DNA of 64,000 bases from an uncultured Gemmatimonadaceae bacterium (GCA_964348295.1 CAYGBV010000013.1:5993-69992); one strand, 5' to 3'. Positions 9,488 through 19,730 are shown, counted from the first letter of the stretch. Program-made: numbers and translations. Notes: generated by a model not told the origin, from the letters alone.

Positions 9488-10638
9488 CTGCGCTGGCCGG
9501 CTGCGCCGTCATCGAGGATCCCCCGGGCGGCCCGCCGGACTTCGAGCCGCCCGTCGTTCTCAGTATCACGCCCGATTCCGGAGCGGTGGTCCCTGAGCTG
9601 GACGACGCGCTGGTGATCCAGTTCGACGAGGTCATCAGCGAGACGTCGGGGGGCGGCCTGGAGAACATCATCCGGTTATCCCCCCGTGCCGAGGAACTCG
9701 AGGTCCGCTGGAAGCGGACGGCCATTCACGTCGAGCCCAAGGGCGGCTGGTTTCCCGGGGTCGTGTACCACGTCGTGCTCGAGCCGGGCGTCGTCGACCT
9801 GCGCAACAACCGCATGGAGGAAGGTCGGACGGTGGTCTTCTCGACCGGCGGCCCGGTTCCCGCGACGCTGATCTCGGGCGCGGTGCTCGACTGGGAGAAC
9901 GCCCGCCCTGCGCGACTCGCCTTGATCGAGGCGGTGCTCCTCCCCGATTCGCTGGTCTACACGGCCACGGCCGACTCACTGGGCTTCTACCGGCTCGGCG
10001 CGATCCCGCCAGGCAGCTACCTGGTGAGCGCCACCGTGGACGACAACAACAACCGACGGCGCGAGCCGCGCGAGCCGTTCGACTCGGTGACGGTCGCCCT
10101 CGACTCACTCGCCTCACACATGTTCTGGACCTTCTCCCGCGACACTGCCGGCCCCCAGGTGCGGCGGGTGTCCCTGGCAGACAGCATGACCATAGAGGTG
10201 CAGTTCAGCCTGAGCCTGGACACCGTGCCGCACGGGCCCGAAGCCGCGGCGGTGTGGGCGCTGCCCGACACGATTCCGGTGGTGGTAGCCGGCGTGTGGG
10301 AGAAGGCGGTCTACGACTCGGTGGCGGCGGAGGAGGCGGCCGCCCGGGCCCCGGTCGACACGCTGGCCGCCGACACACTGGCCGCCGACACGGCGGCGAC
10401 GGACACGACGGCAGCGCGCCAGCCGGCAGCGGCAACCCGCGGGCCCCAGATCCCACAGGCGTTGGCCGAGCTCCTCACCACGCGACCCGCGCTGAGCAAC
10501 GTCTGGTACATCCGCATGGCCCAGCCGCTCACACCGGGCGGCCGCTATCTGATTGAGGGACGGGCACGGAGTATCGGCGGCTCGGTGGGCGAGTCGTCGT
10601 CCGTCCTCATCATGCCCGCCCCGCGCGATTCGACGTGA
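9433..10638 (+). CDS. Ig-like (Big_5-type) domain lipoprotein
   Basis: AAGGAG RBS then GTG 9433; lipobox LAGC; CAVIEDPPGGPPDFEPPVVLSITP typical of FCB Ig-like lipoproteins. Confidence 0.75.
   Translation: MARAARNAGRQAARLGLLAALAGCAVIEDPPGGPPDFEPPVVLSITPDSGAVVPELDDALVIQFDEVISETSGGGLENIIRLSPRAEELEVRWKRTAIHVEPKGGWFPGVVYHVVLEPGVVDLRNNRMEEGRTVVFSTGGPVPATLISGAVLDWENARPARLALIEAVLLPDSLVYTATADSLGFYRLGAIPPGSYLVSATVDDNNNRRREPREPFDSVTVALDSLASHMFWTFSRDTAGPQVRRVSLADSMTIEVQFSLSLDTVPHGPEAAAVWALPDTIPVVVAGVWEKAVYDSVAAEEAAARAPVDTLAADTLAADTAATDTTAARQPAAATRGPQIPQALAELLTTRPALSNVWYIRMAQPLTPGGRYLIEGRARSIGGSVGESSSVLIMPAPRDST
10357..10416 (+). repeat. Short intragenic tandem repeat encoding DTLAA-DTLAA-DTAAT-DTTAA
   Basis: 15-nt imperfect units GACAC(G/A)CTGGCCGCC. 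Confidence 0.7.
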
Positions 10639-12005
10639 GCGACGCTCGCCGCAGGCTCCCCGCCGTCAACGCGCTCCTCGCCCAGGCCGAGGAGGCGGGA
10701 CTCCTGGCCGAGGCGCCACGGCCCGTGGTGGTGGACGCCATCCGCGCGGCGCTGGCCGAGGCGCGGCAGCGCGGCGGCGAAGCTCCCGCCACGGGGTGGC
10801 TCGGTGCGATCGCGGCGCGCGTGAGCGAACGGTCGCGGCGCTCCCTCAAGCGCGTGATCAATGCCACGGGTGTCGTGCTCCACACGAATCTGGGGCGCGC
10901 GCCGCTGGCCGACGCTGCCGTGAAGGCCGTGGACATGGCCCTGGGCTACAGCACTCTGGAGCTCGACCTGGGGGCGGGTACCCGCGGGTCGCGCCAGGAT
11001 CACACCCGGGAGCTGCTCTGCGAGCTGACGGGCGCGGACGCCGCTCTCGTGACGACCAACGCAGCGGCAGCCCTCCTGCTGATGCTCAACAGCTTGGCGG
11101 AGGGCGGCGAGACCATCGTGTCGCGCGGCGAGCTGGTGGAGATCGGCGGCGCGTTTCGCATTCCGGAGATTCTCACCAAGAGCGGCAGCGTGCTGGTTGA
11201 GGTGGGTACCACCAACCGCACCCGGCTCGGAGACTACGAGCTCGCAGTGAGCCCCAGGACGCTCCTCATCCTCAAGGTGCACCGGTCCAACTTCCAGCTC
11301 ACAGGATTCGTCACCGAGCCGTCGGTCCACGAGCTGGTAGCGCTGGGCGAGCGCCGTGGAATCCCGACCCTGCACGACGTCGGAAGCGGACTGCTGCTGC
11401 CGCTCGATGCCTACGGCCTGAGCGGTGAGCCCCTCGTGCAGGCCAGCGTCGCGGCCGGTGCTACGGTGGTGTTCTCGGGAGACAAGCTGCTGGGCGGACC
11501 CCAGGCGGGGATCGTGGTGGGGCCAGCCGCGGAGGTGGAACGCGCCGCCCGCAACCCGCTGGCGCGCGCGTTGCGACCCGACAAGACGACGCTGGCGGCG
11601 CTGGAGGCCACACTTGCCATCTACCGCGACCCCGATCGGGCGGTGCACGAGATCCCCGCTTTGGCCATGCTCACCACCGACGAGACCACGCTCAAGCGGC
11701 GGGCACGCAAGCTCGCGCGGCAGCTTCCGGGAGCCCGCACCGAGCCCGGGGCCTCAGCCGTCGGGGGCGGGGCATTCCCCGGATGCGACCTGCCGACCAC
11801 GCTCGTCACCCTCGCGGTGGACTCGTGCGACGCTTTCCTCGCGGCCCTGCGGGCGCACGATCCGCCCGTGATCGCGCTGGCGCGGGAGGAGCGGGTGGTG
11901 TTTGACGTCAGGACGATACGCGACGACGAGGTCAGGATCGTGGCTGACGCCGTAGCCGCGGCTCGGGGGAACGGTGAGACAGATCATCCCGGGCGAACGA
12001 CGTGA
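10635..12005 (+). CDS. selA: L-seryl-tRNA(Sec) selenium transferase
   Basis: VINATGVVLHTNLGRAPL, SRGELVEIGGAFRIP, EVGTTNRT, KVHRSNF, FSGDKLLGGPQAG (PLP Lys). Confidence 0.95.
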   Translation: MSDARRRLPAVNALLAQAEEAGLLAEAPRPVVVDAIRAALAEARQRGGEAPATGWLGAIAARVSERSRRSLKRVINATGVVLHTNLGRAPLADAAVKAVDMALGYSTLELDLGAGTRGSRQDHTRELLCELTGADAALVTTNAAAALLLMLNSLAEGGETIVSRGELVEIGGAFRIPEILTKSGSVLVEVGTTNRTRLGDYELAVSPRTLLILKVHRSNFQLTGFVTEPSVHELVALGERRGIPTLHDVGSGLLLPLDAYGLSGEPLVQASVAAGATVVFSGDKLLGGPQAGIVVGPAAEVERAARNPLARALRPDKTTLAALEATLAIYRDPDRAVHEIPALAMLTTDETTLKRRARKLARQLPGARTEPGASAVGGGAFPGCDLPTTLVTLAVDSCDAFLAALRAHDPPVIALAREERVVFDVRTIRDDEVRIVADAVAAARGNGETDHPGRTT

Positions 12006-12032
12006 GCGCACTTGGTGGGGAGAAGCGCCGAG

Positions 12033-12051
12033 CCGTTCCCTGTTCCCCGTC
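12033..12051 (-). repeat. GACGGGGAACAGGGAAC motif, inverted partner of 14346-14362
   Basis: 16/17 identity to reverse complement of 14346-14362. Confidence 0.5.
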
Positions 12052-12125
12052 TCTGCTAGACGTCCCCCGCCCCATTCCTTATATACAGATAGGAGCGCGC
12101 TCACTTCTTTCCGGTAGGCGCCATC

Positions 12126-12773
12126 ATGATGCGCGTCGCGGTTCTCGCCTCCGGTGGGGGCACCAATCTCCAGGCATTACTGGACACCTGTCAGGGGTCG
12201 GCCCCGGCCCGGGTCGTCGTGGTGATCAGCAACAAGGCGACGGCGGGAGCGCTGGAGCGGGCCCGCAAGGCGAATGTGGCGACGGAGGTACTCGACGACC
12301 CGAGTGACGGCGCAGGGATCATCGCGCTGCTCCGCTCGTACGACACCGACCTCGTGGTCCTGGCCGGGTACCTCAAGCTGGTTCCCGAGGTAGTGGTGCA
12401 GGCCTACGAGAACCGGATGCTCAACATCCACCCGGCGCTGCTGCCGTCGTTCGGCGGACCGGGGATGTACGGACACCACGTGCACGAGGCGGTGCTCGCC
12501 TCGGGGGCGACGGTCTCCGGCCCCACGGTGCACATCGTGACCGCCGAGTACGACCGCGGCCCGATCGTGGCGCAGTGGCCGGTGCCGGTCGCCGCAGACG
12601 ACACACCGGAATCGCTGGCCGCCCGCGTGCTCAAAGTGGAGCACCAACTCCTCCCGGCCGTGGTGCTGGCGGCGGCGCGGGCGGGGCGCGTGGTGCGGTT
12701 GGTCGGCAAGGAAGGCGCGTTTGATGGAAGCACGAACCCGGGCCCCGTGGCCGACGTTCTCACGTCGTCATGA
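12126..12773 (+). CDS. purN: Phosphoribosylglycinamide formyltransferase
   Basis: AVLASGGGTNLQA, LNIHPALLPSFGG, SGPTVHIV. Confidence 0.95.
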   Translation: MMRVAVLASGGGTNLQALLDTCQGSAPARVVVVISNKATAGALERARKANVATEVLDDPSDGAGIIALLRSYDTDLVVLAGYLKLVPEVVVQAYENRMLNIHPALLPSFGGPGMYGHHVHEAVLASGATVSGPTVHIVTAEYDRGPIVAQWPVPVAADDTPESLAARVLKVEHQLLPAVVLAAARAGRVVRLVGKEGAFDGSTNPGPVADVLTSS

Positions 12774-12803
12774 GGCTCGATCACTAGTAGCCAAGGAGGA
12801 CGG

Positions 12804-14333
12804 GTGGCGCGGGCACTGATCTCGGTATCGGACAAACGGGGGGTCACACAGTTCGCGCGCGGGCTGACCGATCTCGGGTGGGAGATCGTGTCCACGGGTG
12901 GGACGGCGCAGGTGCTCGCTCAGGCCGGGATCACCGTGACGGCCATCGAGCAGATCACGGGGTTCCCGGAGATCATGGACGGGCGGGTCAAGACGCTGCA
13001 CCCTGCGGTCCACGCGGCTCTGCTGGCGCGCCGCGACGCGCCGGAGCACCTCGACCAACTCGAGGCCCACGGCCTCACGCCCATCGACCTCGTGGCCGTG
13101 AACCTCTACCCGTTCCGTGAGACGGCCGGCAAGCCCAATGTGAAGCTCGAGGAGGCCATCGAGCAGATCGACATCGGCGGCCCGTCCATGCTTCGCTCGG
13201 CGGCCAAGAACCATCAGTTCGTGCTGCCGGTGGTGGACCCGCGTGACTACGATCGCGTGCTTGAGGCGGTGGAGAAGAACCAGGTGACGCCCGAGCTCCG
13301 CCTGGAGCTCGCGGCCAAGGTGTTCAGCCACACGGCAGCGTACGACGCGGCCATAGCCCAGTTCCTCACGAAGGACGCCGACGCGCTCCCGCCCATGATG
13401 GGCCTCGCGCTGCACCGGGTGCAGACCCTGCGCTACGGCGAGAATCCGATCCAGCGCGCAGCGCTGTACACGACCGGCGAGGGCCGCGGGTTCGACGAGC
13501 TGCGGCAGCTGCATGGCAAGGAGCTCTCGTTCAACAACCTGCTGGACCTCGAGGGCGCAGTGATGGCCATCGCACCGTGGCCCGACCGGCCGGCCTGCGC
13601 CATCATCAAGCACACCACGCCTTGTGGGATCGCCGTGGGGACCACCGTCGAGGACGCATACCGACGCGCCTTGGCGACCGACTCCAAGTCGGCCTTCGGC
13701 TCCGTCGTCGCCTTCAACACCATCGTTGACGCCGCGACCGCCGAGGCCATGCACGACCTCTTCGTCGAGGTGGTCGTGGCGCCGCGGTTCCACGACGATG
13801 CCGTGGCGGTGTTCCAGCGCAAGAAGAACCTCCGCGTGGTCGAGCTACCACTGCCCGACAGCCGGCCGGCCCTCGACTTCAAGCGCGTGCGCGGCGGCTT
13901 CTTGGTGCAGGACCGCTTCACCGCCTCGGCCGACGAGTCCATGTGGACCGTGGCCACGAGCCGCAAACCCGATGAGGCCGAGTGGCGCGACCTGCGCTTC
14001 GCCTGGGCCGCCGTGGCAGCGGTCAAGTCGAACGCGATCCTGCTCGCCAAAGACGAGGCTGCGATCGGGATCGGCGCCGGGCAGATGAGCCGGGTGGACG
14101 CGGCCTTCCTGGCCGCGCACAAGGCCCGAGACGCCGGGCACGACCCCCAGGGAGCAGTGCTGGCGTCGGACGCGTTCTTCCCGTTCGCCGATGGTGTCGA
14201 GCAGGCTGCCGAGGCCGGGATCACGGCCGTCATCCAGCCGGGAGGCTCGGTGCGGGACGACGAGGTGATCGCGGCGGCGAACGAGCGCGACGTCGCAATG
14301 GTGCTCACCGGAAGCCGCCAGTTCAGACACTAG
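12804..14333 (+). CDS. purH: Bifunctional AICAR formyltransferase / IMP cyclohydrolase
   Basis: RALISVSDK, GRVKTLHP, IDIGGPSM, LRYGENP, KHTTPCG, ASDAFFPF. Confidence 0.97.
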   Translation: MARALISVSDKRGVTQFARGLTDLGWEIVSTGGTAQVLAQAGITVTAIEQITGFPEIMDGRVKTLHPAVHAALLARRDAPEHLDQLEAHGLTPIDLVAVNLYPFRETAGKPNVKLEEAIEQIDIGGPSMLRSAAKNHQFVLPVVDPRDYDRVLEAVEKNQVTPELRLELAAKVFSHTAAYDAAIAQFLTKDADALPPMMGLALHRVQTLRYGENPIQRAALYTTGEGRGFDELRQLHGKELSFNNLLDLEGAVMAIAPWPDRPACAIIKHTTPCGIAVGTTVEDAYRRALATDSKSAFGSVVAFNTIVDAATAEAMHDLFVEVVVAPRFHDDAVAVFQRKKNLRVVELPLPDSRPALDFKRVRGGFLVQDRFTASADESMWTVATSRKPDEAEWRDLRFAWAAVAAVKSNAILLAKDEAAIGIGAGQMSRVDAAFLAAHKARDAGHDPQGAVLASDAFFPFADGVEQAAEAGITAVIQPGGSVRDDEVIAAANERDVAMVLTGSRQFRH

Positions 14334-14345
14334 GACCATTGAGCC

Positions 14346-14362
14346 GACGGGGAACGGGGAAC
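14346..14362 (+). repeat. GACGGGGAACGGGGAAC motif downstream of purH
   Basis: See partner at 12033-12051. Confidence 0.5.
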
Positions 14363-14447
14363 CGGGAGCGCGGAGTGGACCGCCCCGTTACCCTCACACG
14401 CCGTCCAATCTCAACTCTACGCATTACCAGGGATCACGTAGCGCCGC

Positions 14448-16907
14448 ATGACGGGTAGCGACACGCACGCCGCAGCGCTGAGGGCACGCCCGCCGTACCT
14501 GCTCGCCGGGGTGGTGTTTCTCGTCGTACTGGGGATCTACCTCCTGAGCATCGCCCCCACGACGCAGTTCTGGGACACCGCCGAGTATATCTCCGCCGCC
14601 AAGGTACTCGGCATCCCGCACCCGCCCGGGAATCCACTCTTCGTGTTGCTGGCGCACGTGTGGGGCATGATCCCGCTGGTGGAACACTACGCGCTGCGCA
14701 TCAACCTGTTCGCCGCCGTCACGAGCGCCCTGGCTTCCGGCCTGCTCTTCCTGGTGGCGGAGCGGTTCCTGCGCAACATCGTGCCCGAGGTTCGCTGGGC
14801 CCGGATCGGAGCGGCATTTGCCGGCGTGCTGGTGGGCGCGACCTCGTTCACCGTGTGGAGCCAGTCGGTGGTGAACGAGAAGGTGTACACGCTGAGCCTG
14901 CTCTCGATCGCGCTGGTTCTGTGGCTCGCTGTCCACTGGGGGGACGAGCCCGCCGGCGAGCGGCGGGACCACTGGCTGGTCCTCATCGTGTACCTGCTGG
15001 CGTTGAGCGCCACGAACCACCTAATGGGCCTGCTGGCCGTGCCCGCGTTGCTGGTGTACGCCGAGGCGGCCGAGGCGGAGGATAACCTGTGGACTCGGGT
15101 GCTGGGTGCCGCAGCGCTGCTGGCCGGCGCCGCCGTCGCCGCGATGCTGTTCCTCGCCTGGCACCGTGACCATCGGGATCTCGTCTCCCTGGTGGTCGCC
15201 GTGGTGCTGCTGGCCGGAGTCACGTGGCCCACGTTCCGCCTGCACACGAGTCCCCTCACCCGCATCGGGATCGCGGCGGCCGTTGCCGGGGTGGCGCTGG
15301 GCATCATTCTGGAGTCGTGGGGCACGCGGGAGGCGCTACCCATCGTGCTCGCGCTCGCTCTCGTGGCCGCGCTTGTGGTCTTCGCTATGCGCAGCGGCAA
15401 CGCCAGGCTCGTGCTGGTCTCCCTCGGCGTGGTCGCCGTGGGCGTGAGCGTGTTCGTGTTCCTCCCGCTCCGGGCACAGCACTACCCGGCCATCAACGAA
15501 GGGGAGCCGGCCACCCGTGACGCGCTGCTCCGCGTGCTGAGCCGGGACCAGTACCAGAAGGGACCGCTCATTCCGCGCCAGGCGGACCTGTTCTGGCAGT
15601 ACGCGAACTACGTGCAGTATTTCACCTGGCAGTTCGCCCACGACTGGGGGTACCGGGTCCGCAACCTGCTGGCACTGCTGTTCGCGGCACTGGGGCTGCT
15701 GGGCGCCGTGCGCCAGTGGCAGCGAGACCGGCGGGGCGCCCTGGCCATGACGGCCCTCATGGTGACGGTGACGGTCCTGCTCGTGTTCTACCTCGACTTC
15801 AAGTACGGCTACTCGATCCGCCCGGGCGCGAGCCTGCTGCGGGAGGTGCGCGAGCGGGACTACTTCTTCATCGCCTCATTCCAGCTCTGGGGCGTGTGGG
15901 TCGCGCTCGGCCTGGGCGCGTGGATGGCGTCGTTCGCCAAGACGTTCGGCGAACGGCTCCAGAACGGGAAGGCATGGCTCGTGGGATCGCCGATCCTCCT
16001 GGCGGGGATCATCCCGCTGTTGGGCAACCACCTCAGCGCCTCGCGCGCCGGCGAGTGGCTGCCGCGCGACTTTGCGTGGGACCTGCTGCAGTCGGTGGAG
16101 CCCTACGCGATCTTAGTCACGGCCGGGGACAACGACACGTTCCCCCTGTGGTACATGCAGGAGGTGGAGGGCGTCCGGCGGGACGTGCTGGTCGCGAACC
16201 TCTCCCTGATGAACACCGACTGGCACGTGCGGCAGCTCAGGCGGCGGCAGCTCTTCCCGTTCGATACGGCGAGCGCCATCGCGCTATACCGCGACCGGGA
16301 TTGGACCCCGCCCGAAGAGCCGCCGCTCAGTCTGAGCTACGACCGGATCGACTCCCTGCCGTTCTTCTTCCAGATCACCGAGCCGAGCGTGTTCCGCGCC
16401 GGCAGCCTGCGCGTCGCGCTGGAGCCACAGGTGCTGCAGCGGGCCGACATCATCACGCTGCAGCTGATCCAGGACAATATCGGCAAGCGGCCCATCTACA
16501 TCTCGCGCACCACCGGTGGCTACGGCGACGCGTTCGGGCTCAACCCGTTCCTCCTGGGCCAGGGCATGGCGCGCAAGCTGATGCCCGACTCCATTCGGGC
16601 CGTGCCGGGCGTGGTGCCGATCCGCACCCTCGGCTGGGTGGACATGGACCGCCACGAGAGCCTGCTGTTCGACGTCTATCACCCCGAGAGCGCGGCCCGC
16701 CACCGGCCCACCGGCTGGGTGGACACCCCGTCGGAAGGGATCCTCTCACTCTACGCCCTGGCCTACGCAGGATACGCCGAGTATGCGGCCGGGCTGCTCG
16801 CCGACTCAGCGACGACAGCCGCCGACTCGCTCCGCGAGGCGCGGGCCTCCGTGGCGAGCGAGCTGGCCGATCGGATCTTCCGGCAGACGAGCTACTTCCG
16901 CGACTAG
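14448..16907 (+). CDS. DUF2723 multi-TM protein (GT-C fold, TMEM260-like putative glycosyltransferase)
   Basis: WDTAEYI...LGIPHPPGNPLF, VRERDYFF, GDNDTFPLWY motifs. Confidence 0.85.
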   Translation: MTGSDTHAAALRARPPYLLAGVVFLVVLGIYLLSIAPTTQFWDTAEYISAAKVLGIPHPPGNPLFVLLAHVWGMIPLVEHYALRINLFAAVTSALASGLLFLVAERFLRNIVPEVRWARIGAAFAGVLVGATSFTVWSQSVVNEKVYTLSLLSIALVLWLAVHWGDEPAGERRDHWLVLIVYLLALSATNHLMGLLAVPALLVYAEAAEAEDNLWTRVLGAAALLAGAAVAAMLFLAWHRDHRDLVSLVVAVVLLAGVTWPTFRLHTSPLTRIGIAAAVAGVALGIILESWGTREALPIVLALALVAALVVFAMRSGNARLVLVSLGVVAVGVSVFVFLPLRAQHYPAINEGEPATRDALLRVLSRDQYQKGPLIPRQADLFWQYANYVQYFTWQFAHDWGYRVRNLLALLFAALGLLGAVRQWQRDRRGALAMTALMVTVTVLLVFYLDFKYGYSIRPGASLLREVRERDYFFIASFQLWGVWVALGLGAWMASFAKTFGERLQNGKAWLVGSPILLAGIIPLLGNHLSASRAGEWLPRDFAWDLLQSVEPYAILVTAGDNDTFPLWYMQEVEGVRRDVLVANLSLMNTDWHVRQLRRRQLFPFDTASAIALYRDRDWTPPEEPPLSLSYDRIDSLPFFFQITEPSVFRAGSLRVALEPQVLQRADIITLQLIQDNIGKRPIYISRTTGGYGDAFGLNPFLLGQGMARKLMPDSIRAVPGVVPIRTLGWVDMDRHESLLFDVYHPESAARHRPTGWVDTPSEGILSLYALAYAGYAEYAAGLLADSATTAADSLREARASVASELADRIFRQTSYFRD

Positions 16908-16910
16908 TAC

Positions 16911-18017
16911 CTAAGCGGCGACCTCGAGCACCGGATCGCCCAGCACGTCCATGCGCGGCGCCACGCCGAGCCCAGGCGCAGCTGTCGCGCTCATCCGGCC
17001 TTCCACGCGCCGCGGGGCGCCCTCCGCCGTGCTCACGGTGACGTAGCTGTTGAAGTCGGTGGCCGTGAAGCGCAGCTCCTGCGGTGTGCTGTGCGCCAGG
17101 TGCGCGATGGCGGCGGTCGTGACGTCACCGCCCCAACTGTCCTCGATCGTCATGGCGACGCCCAGAGAGACGCAGAGATCCCGCGCCAGCCGCGCCAGGG
17201 TGAGGCCGCCCAGCTTGCTGATCTTGAGGTTGACCACGTCCATCGCGCCGTCGGCGTGCGCGCGGGCCAGCCCCGGTATGCCGGTCACCGACTCGTCGAG
17301 CACGAAGGGGTGATCGATGTGCCGCCGCACGGCGAGGCACTCCTCGTAGCTGAGGCAGGGCTGCTCGATGTACACGTCCACGTCGCGCACCCCCCGGGCC
17401 ACGCGCAGTGCCTGGTGCGAGAGCCACCCCGTGTTGGCATCGGCCACGAGCACGTCCCCACGGTCCAGCTTGGCAGCCACCGCGCGAATGCGCTCGACGT
17501 CTTGCTCCGGCTCCCCGCCCACCTTGAGCTGGAACCGGCGGTAGCCTTCTGCGCGATACTGCGCCACGCGTTCGGCCATTGCCGCCGGGGTGTCCTGCGA
17601 GATCGCGCGGTAGAGCACCACGTCGTCGCCGAAGCGGCCGCCCAGCAAGGTGCACACGGGCTGCCGCGTCGCCTGACCCAGGATGTCCCAGCACGCCATG
17701 TCGATCGGTGACTTGACGTAGGGATGCCCCTGCAACGCGCCATCCATCAGCCGGTTGATCACCGCGAGCTCGGTCGGGTCGTGCCCCAGCAGCGCGGGCG
17801 CCACCTGCTCCACCCCGGTCCGCACCCCGGACGCGTACGCCGGCAGGTATGCCGGGCCGAGCGGACAGACCTCGCCGTGCCCCACGAGCCCGGCGTCCGT
17901 TTCGACGCGCACCAGCGTGCTGTCGAACACGGAGACCGACTTCCCGCCCGACCAGGCGTACGTTCCCTCCCGCAAAGGGAGATCCACCTGGTAGGCCGCG
18001 ATCCGCGTGATCCTCAT
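16911..18017 (-). CDS. Enolase-superfamily (MR/MLE) enzyme, most like cis-3-hydroxy-L-proline dehydratase
   Basis: N-terminus [22 protein letters not shown]...[14 protein letters not shown]; QLKVG, DANTG, IEQP, LDES, NLKISK. Confidence 0.75.
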   Translation of the reverse strand: MRITRIAAYQVDLPLREGTYAWSGGKSVSVFDSTLVRVETDAGLVGHGEVCPLGPAYLPAYASGVRTGVEQVAPALLGHDPTELAVINRLMDGALQGHPYVKSPIDMACWDILGQATRQPVCTLLGGRFGDDVVLYRAISQDTPAAMAERVAQYRAEGYRRFQLKVGGEPEQDVERIRAVAAKLDRGDVLVADANTGWLSHQALRVARGVRDVDVYIEQPCLSYEECLAVRRHIDHPFVLDESVTGIPGLARAHADGAMDVVNLKISKLGGLTLARLARDLCVSLGVAMTIEDSWGGDVTTAAIAHLAHSTPQELRFTATDFNSYVTVSTAEGAPRRVEGRMSATAAPGLGVAPRMDVLGDPVLEVAA

Positions 18018-18165
18018 CGGCTCACCCCCGTCACTGACCCGGATAAGCTACTCTCCCGGGCCCAATCTTGGCCAAAGCAACCTCAACTGTCGCATTAACT
18101 TGACGCCGGGCCGGCGGCAAGCAAATTCTGCCTGTTCATCTCTCGAGAGCGCTCATCCCGTGTGC

Positions 18166-19725
18166 ATGACGTCAGCTCCACTTCGACGGCGCCGCTGGGC
18201 CCGCCGCGGGCTCGCCGTGGCCGCCTGCGCCAGTCTCGCCGCGACCGCCGCCCGGGCGCAAGACCCGGTAGGGGCGGTGCGGGAGTATCGCGTCGCCCAC
18301 GAGGCCCGGGTAGTCGCCGAGCTGCGCGACCTGCTATCCATCCCCAACGTGGCCGCCGACCTCCCCAACATCCGCCGCAATGCTGAACGGCTGGTCGCCA
18401 TGCTGGAGCGCCGTGGGGTGACGGCCCGCACGCTGGAGACCGGCGGTCCTCCCATCGTGTACGGCGAGATCGGCGACCCCTCGCAGCCCGCGATCCTGTT
18501 CTACTGCCACTACGACGGGCAGCCCGCCGACCCGAGCACCTGGGCACAGGATGATCCCTGGGCACCGGTGCTGCGCAGCGGCGCGATCGAGGAGGGGGGA
18601 GAGGTCATCCAGCAATGGCCCGCCGACGGCGAGCGCTACCCCGGAGAGTGGCGCCTCTACGCCCGCTCCGCGTCGGACGACAAGGCACCCATCGTGGCGC
18701 TGATGCAGATGCTCGACGCGTGGCGCGCGGCGGGGATCGCGCCCCCCAACCGGATCAAGTTCCTGTTCGAGGGCGACGAGGAGGCCGGGTCGAGCTACCT
18801 GGCAGAGACGGCCCGCAACCACCGCGAGCTCCTGACGGCCGATCTCGCGATCATGGCCGACGGCCCGATCCACCCGTCGAGCCAGCCCACGGCCATGTTC
18901 GGGCTGCGGGGAATCGTGGACGTCACCCTCACCCTCTACGGCCCCATCCGTCCGCTCCACTCGGGCCACTACGGGAACTGGGCTCCCAACCCTGCCATGC
19001 GTCTGGCTCAGCTGCTCGCCACCATGAAGGGGCCGAACGGCGAGGTGCTCGTCGAGGGCTGGGAAGACGACGTGCTTCCCCTGGGACCGGCGGAGCACGC
19101 GGCGTTCGCCGCCTACCCGCACGACGACGAGCAGCGCCGGCAGCAGTTCCAGCTGGGCTCGCTCGACGGGGGCGGAGACACGCGGCTCGAGCTGATAGCG
19201 CGGCCCTCGCTCAACGTGCGCGGGCTCAAGAGCCTGTTCGTAGGGAGCGAGGTTCGCACGCTCGTCCCGGACGTGGCGATCGCCGAGCTCGACCTGCGGC
19301 TCGTGGCGGGCAACCGGCCCGAGCGGCAGGTGGAGAAGCTCGTACGGCACATCCAGGCCCAGGGCTACACCGTGGTGCGCGAGGACCCCGACTCCACGCA
19401 TCGCGTCAGCACGCCGCGACTCATCAAGGTGGAGTCGCTCGGCGGCTATCCACCCGGGCGCACACCGCTCGATCATCCTGCCGCCCGGGCCCTGATCGAG
19501 GCGTTGGGGCGCGCCGACCTGGGCGAGCCCGTGGTCGTTCCCACGATGGGCGGGAGCGGTCCGGCATATGTATTCACCGAGGTGCTCGAGGTGCCCTTTG
19601 CGGCGCTGCCCACGGTGAACCACGACAACAACCAGCACGCGGCGAACGAGAACGTCCGGCTGGCGAATCTGTTCCGCGCGATGGAGATCTTGGCGGCCGC
19701 AGCGGCGGCCGACGTCGAGCGCTGA
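18166..19725 (+). CDS. Exported M20/M25/M40 family metallopeptidase
   Basis: Signal peptide (ARA-QD), YCHYDGQP, ARSASDDK, EGDEEAGS, HAANEN; start trimmed to ATG 18166. Confidence 0.88.
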   Translation: MTSAPLRRRRWARRGLAVAACASLAATAARAQDPVGAVREYRVAHEARVVAELRDLLSIPNVAADLPNIRRNAERLVAMLERRGVTARTLETGGPPIVYGEIGDPSQPAILFYCHYDGQPADPSTWAQDDPWAPVLRSGAIEEGGEVIQQWPADGERYPGEWRLYARSASDDKAPIVALMQMLDAWRAAGIAPPNRIKFLFEGDEEAGSSYLAETARNHRELLTADLAIMADGPIHPSSQPTAMFGLRGIVDVTLTLYGPIRPLHSGHYGNWAPNPAMRLAQLLATMKGPNGEVLVEGWEDDVLPLGPAEHAAFAAYPHDDEQRRQQFQLGSLDGGGDTRLELIARPSLNVRGLKSLFVGSEVRTLVPDVAIAELDLRLVAGNRPERQVEKLVRHIQAQGYTVVREDPDSTHRVSTPRLIKVESLGGYPPGRTPLDHPAARALIEALGRADLGEPVVVPTMGGSGPAYVFTEVLEVPFAALPTVNHDNNQHAANENVRLANLFRAMEILAAAAAADVER

Positions 19726-19730
19726 AGACG

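Noticed and set aside
12002-12125. Possible ZTP riboswitch or tRNA-Sec between selA and purN (GTGAGCGC...GCGCTCAC repeat)
   Set aside because: ZTP consensus elements and a cloverleaf are absent
18615-19730. 372-aa N-terminal extension of the first kinase ORF
   Set aside because: Overlaps the M20 peptidase in another frame; the kinase begins at ATG 19731
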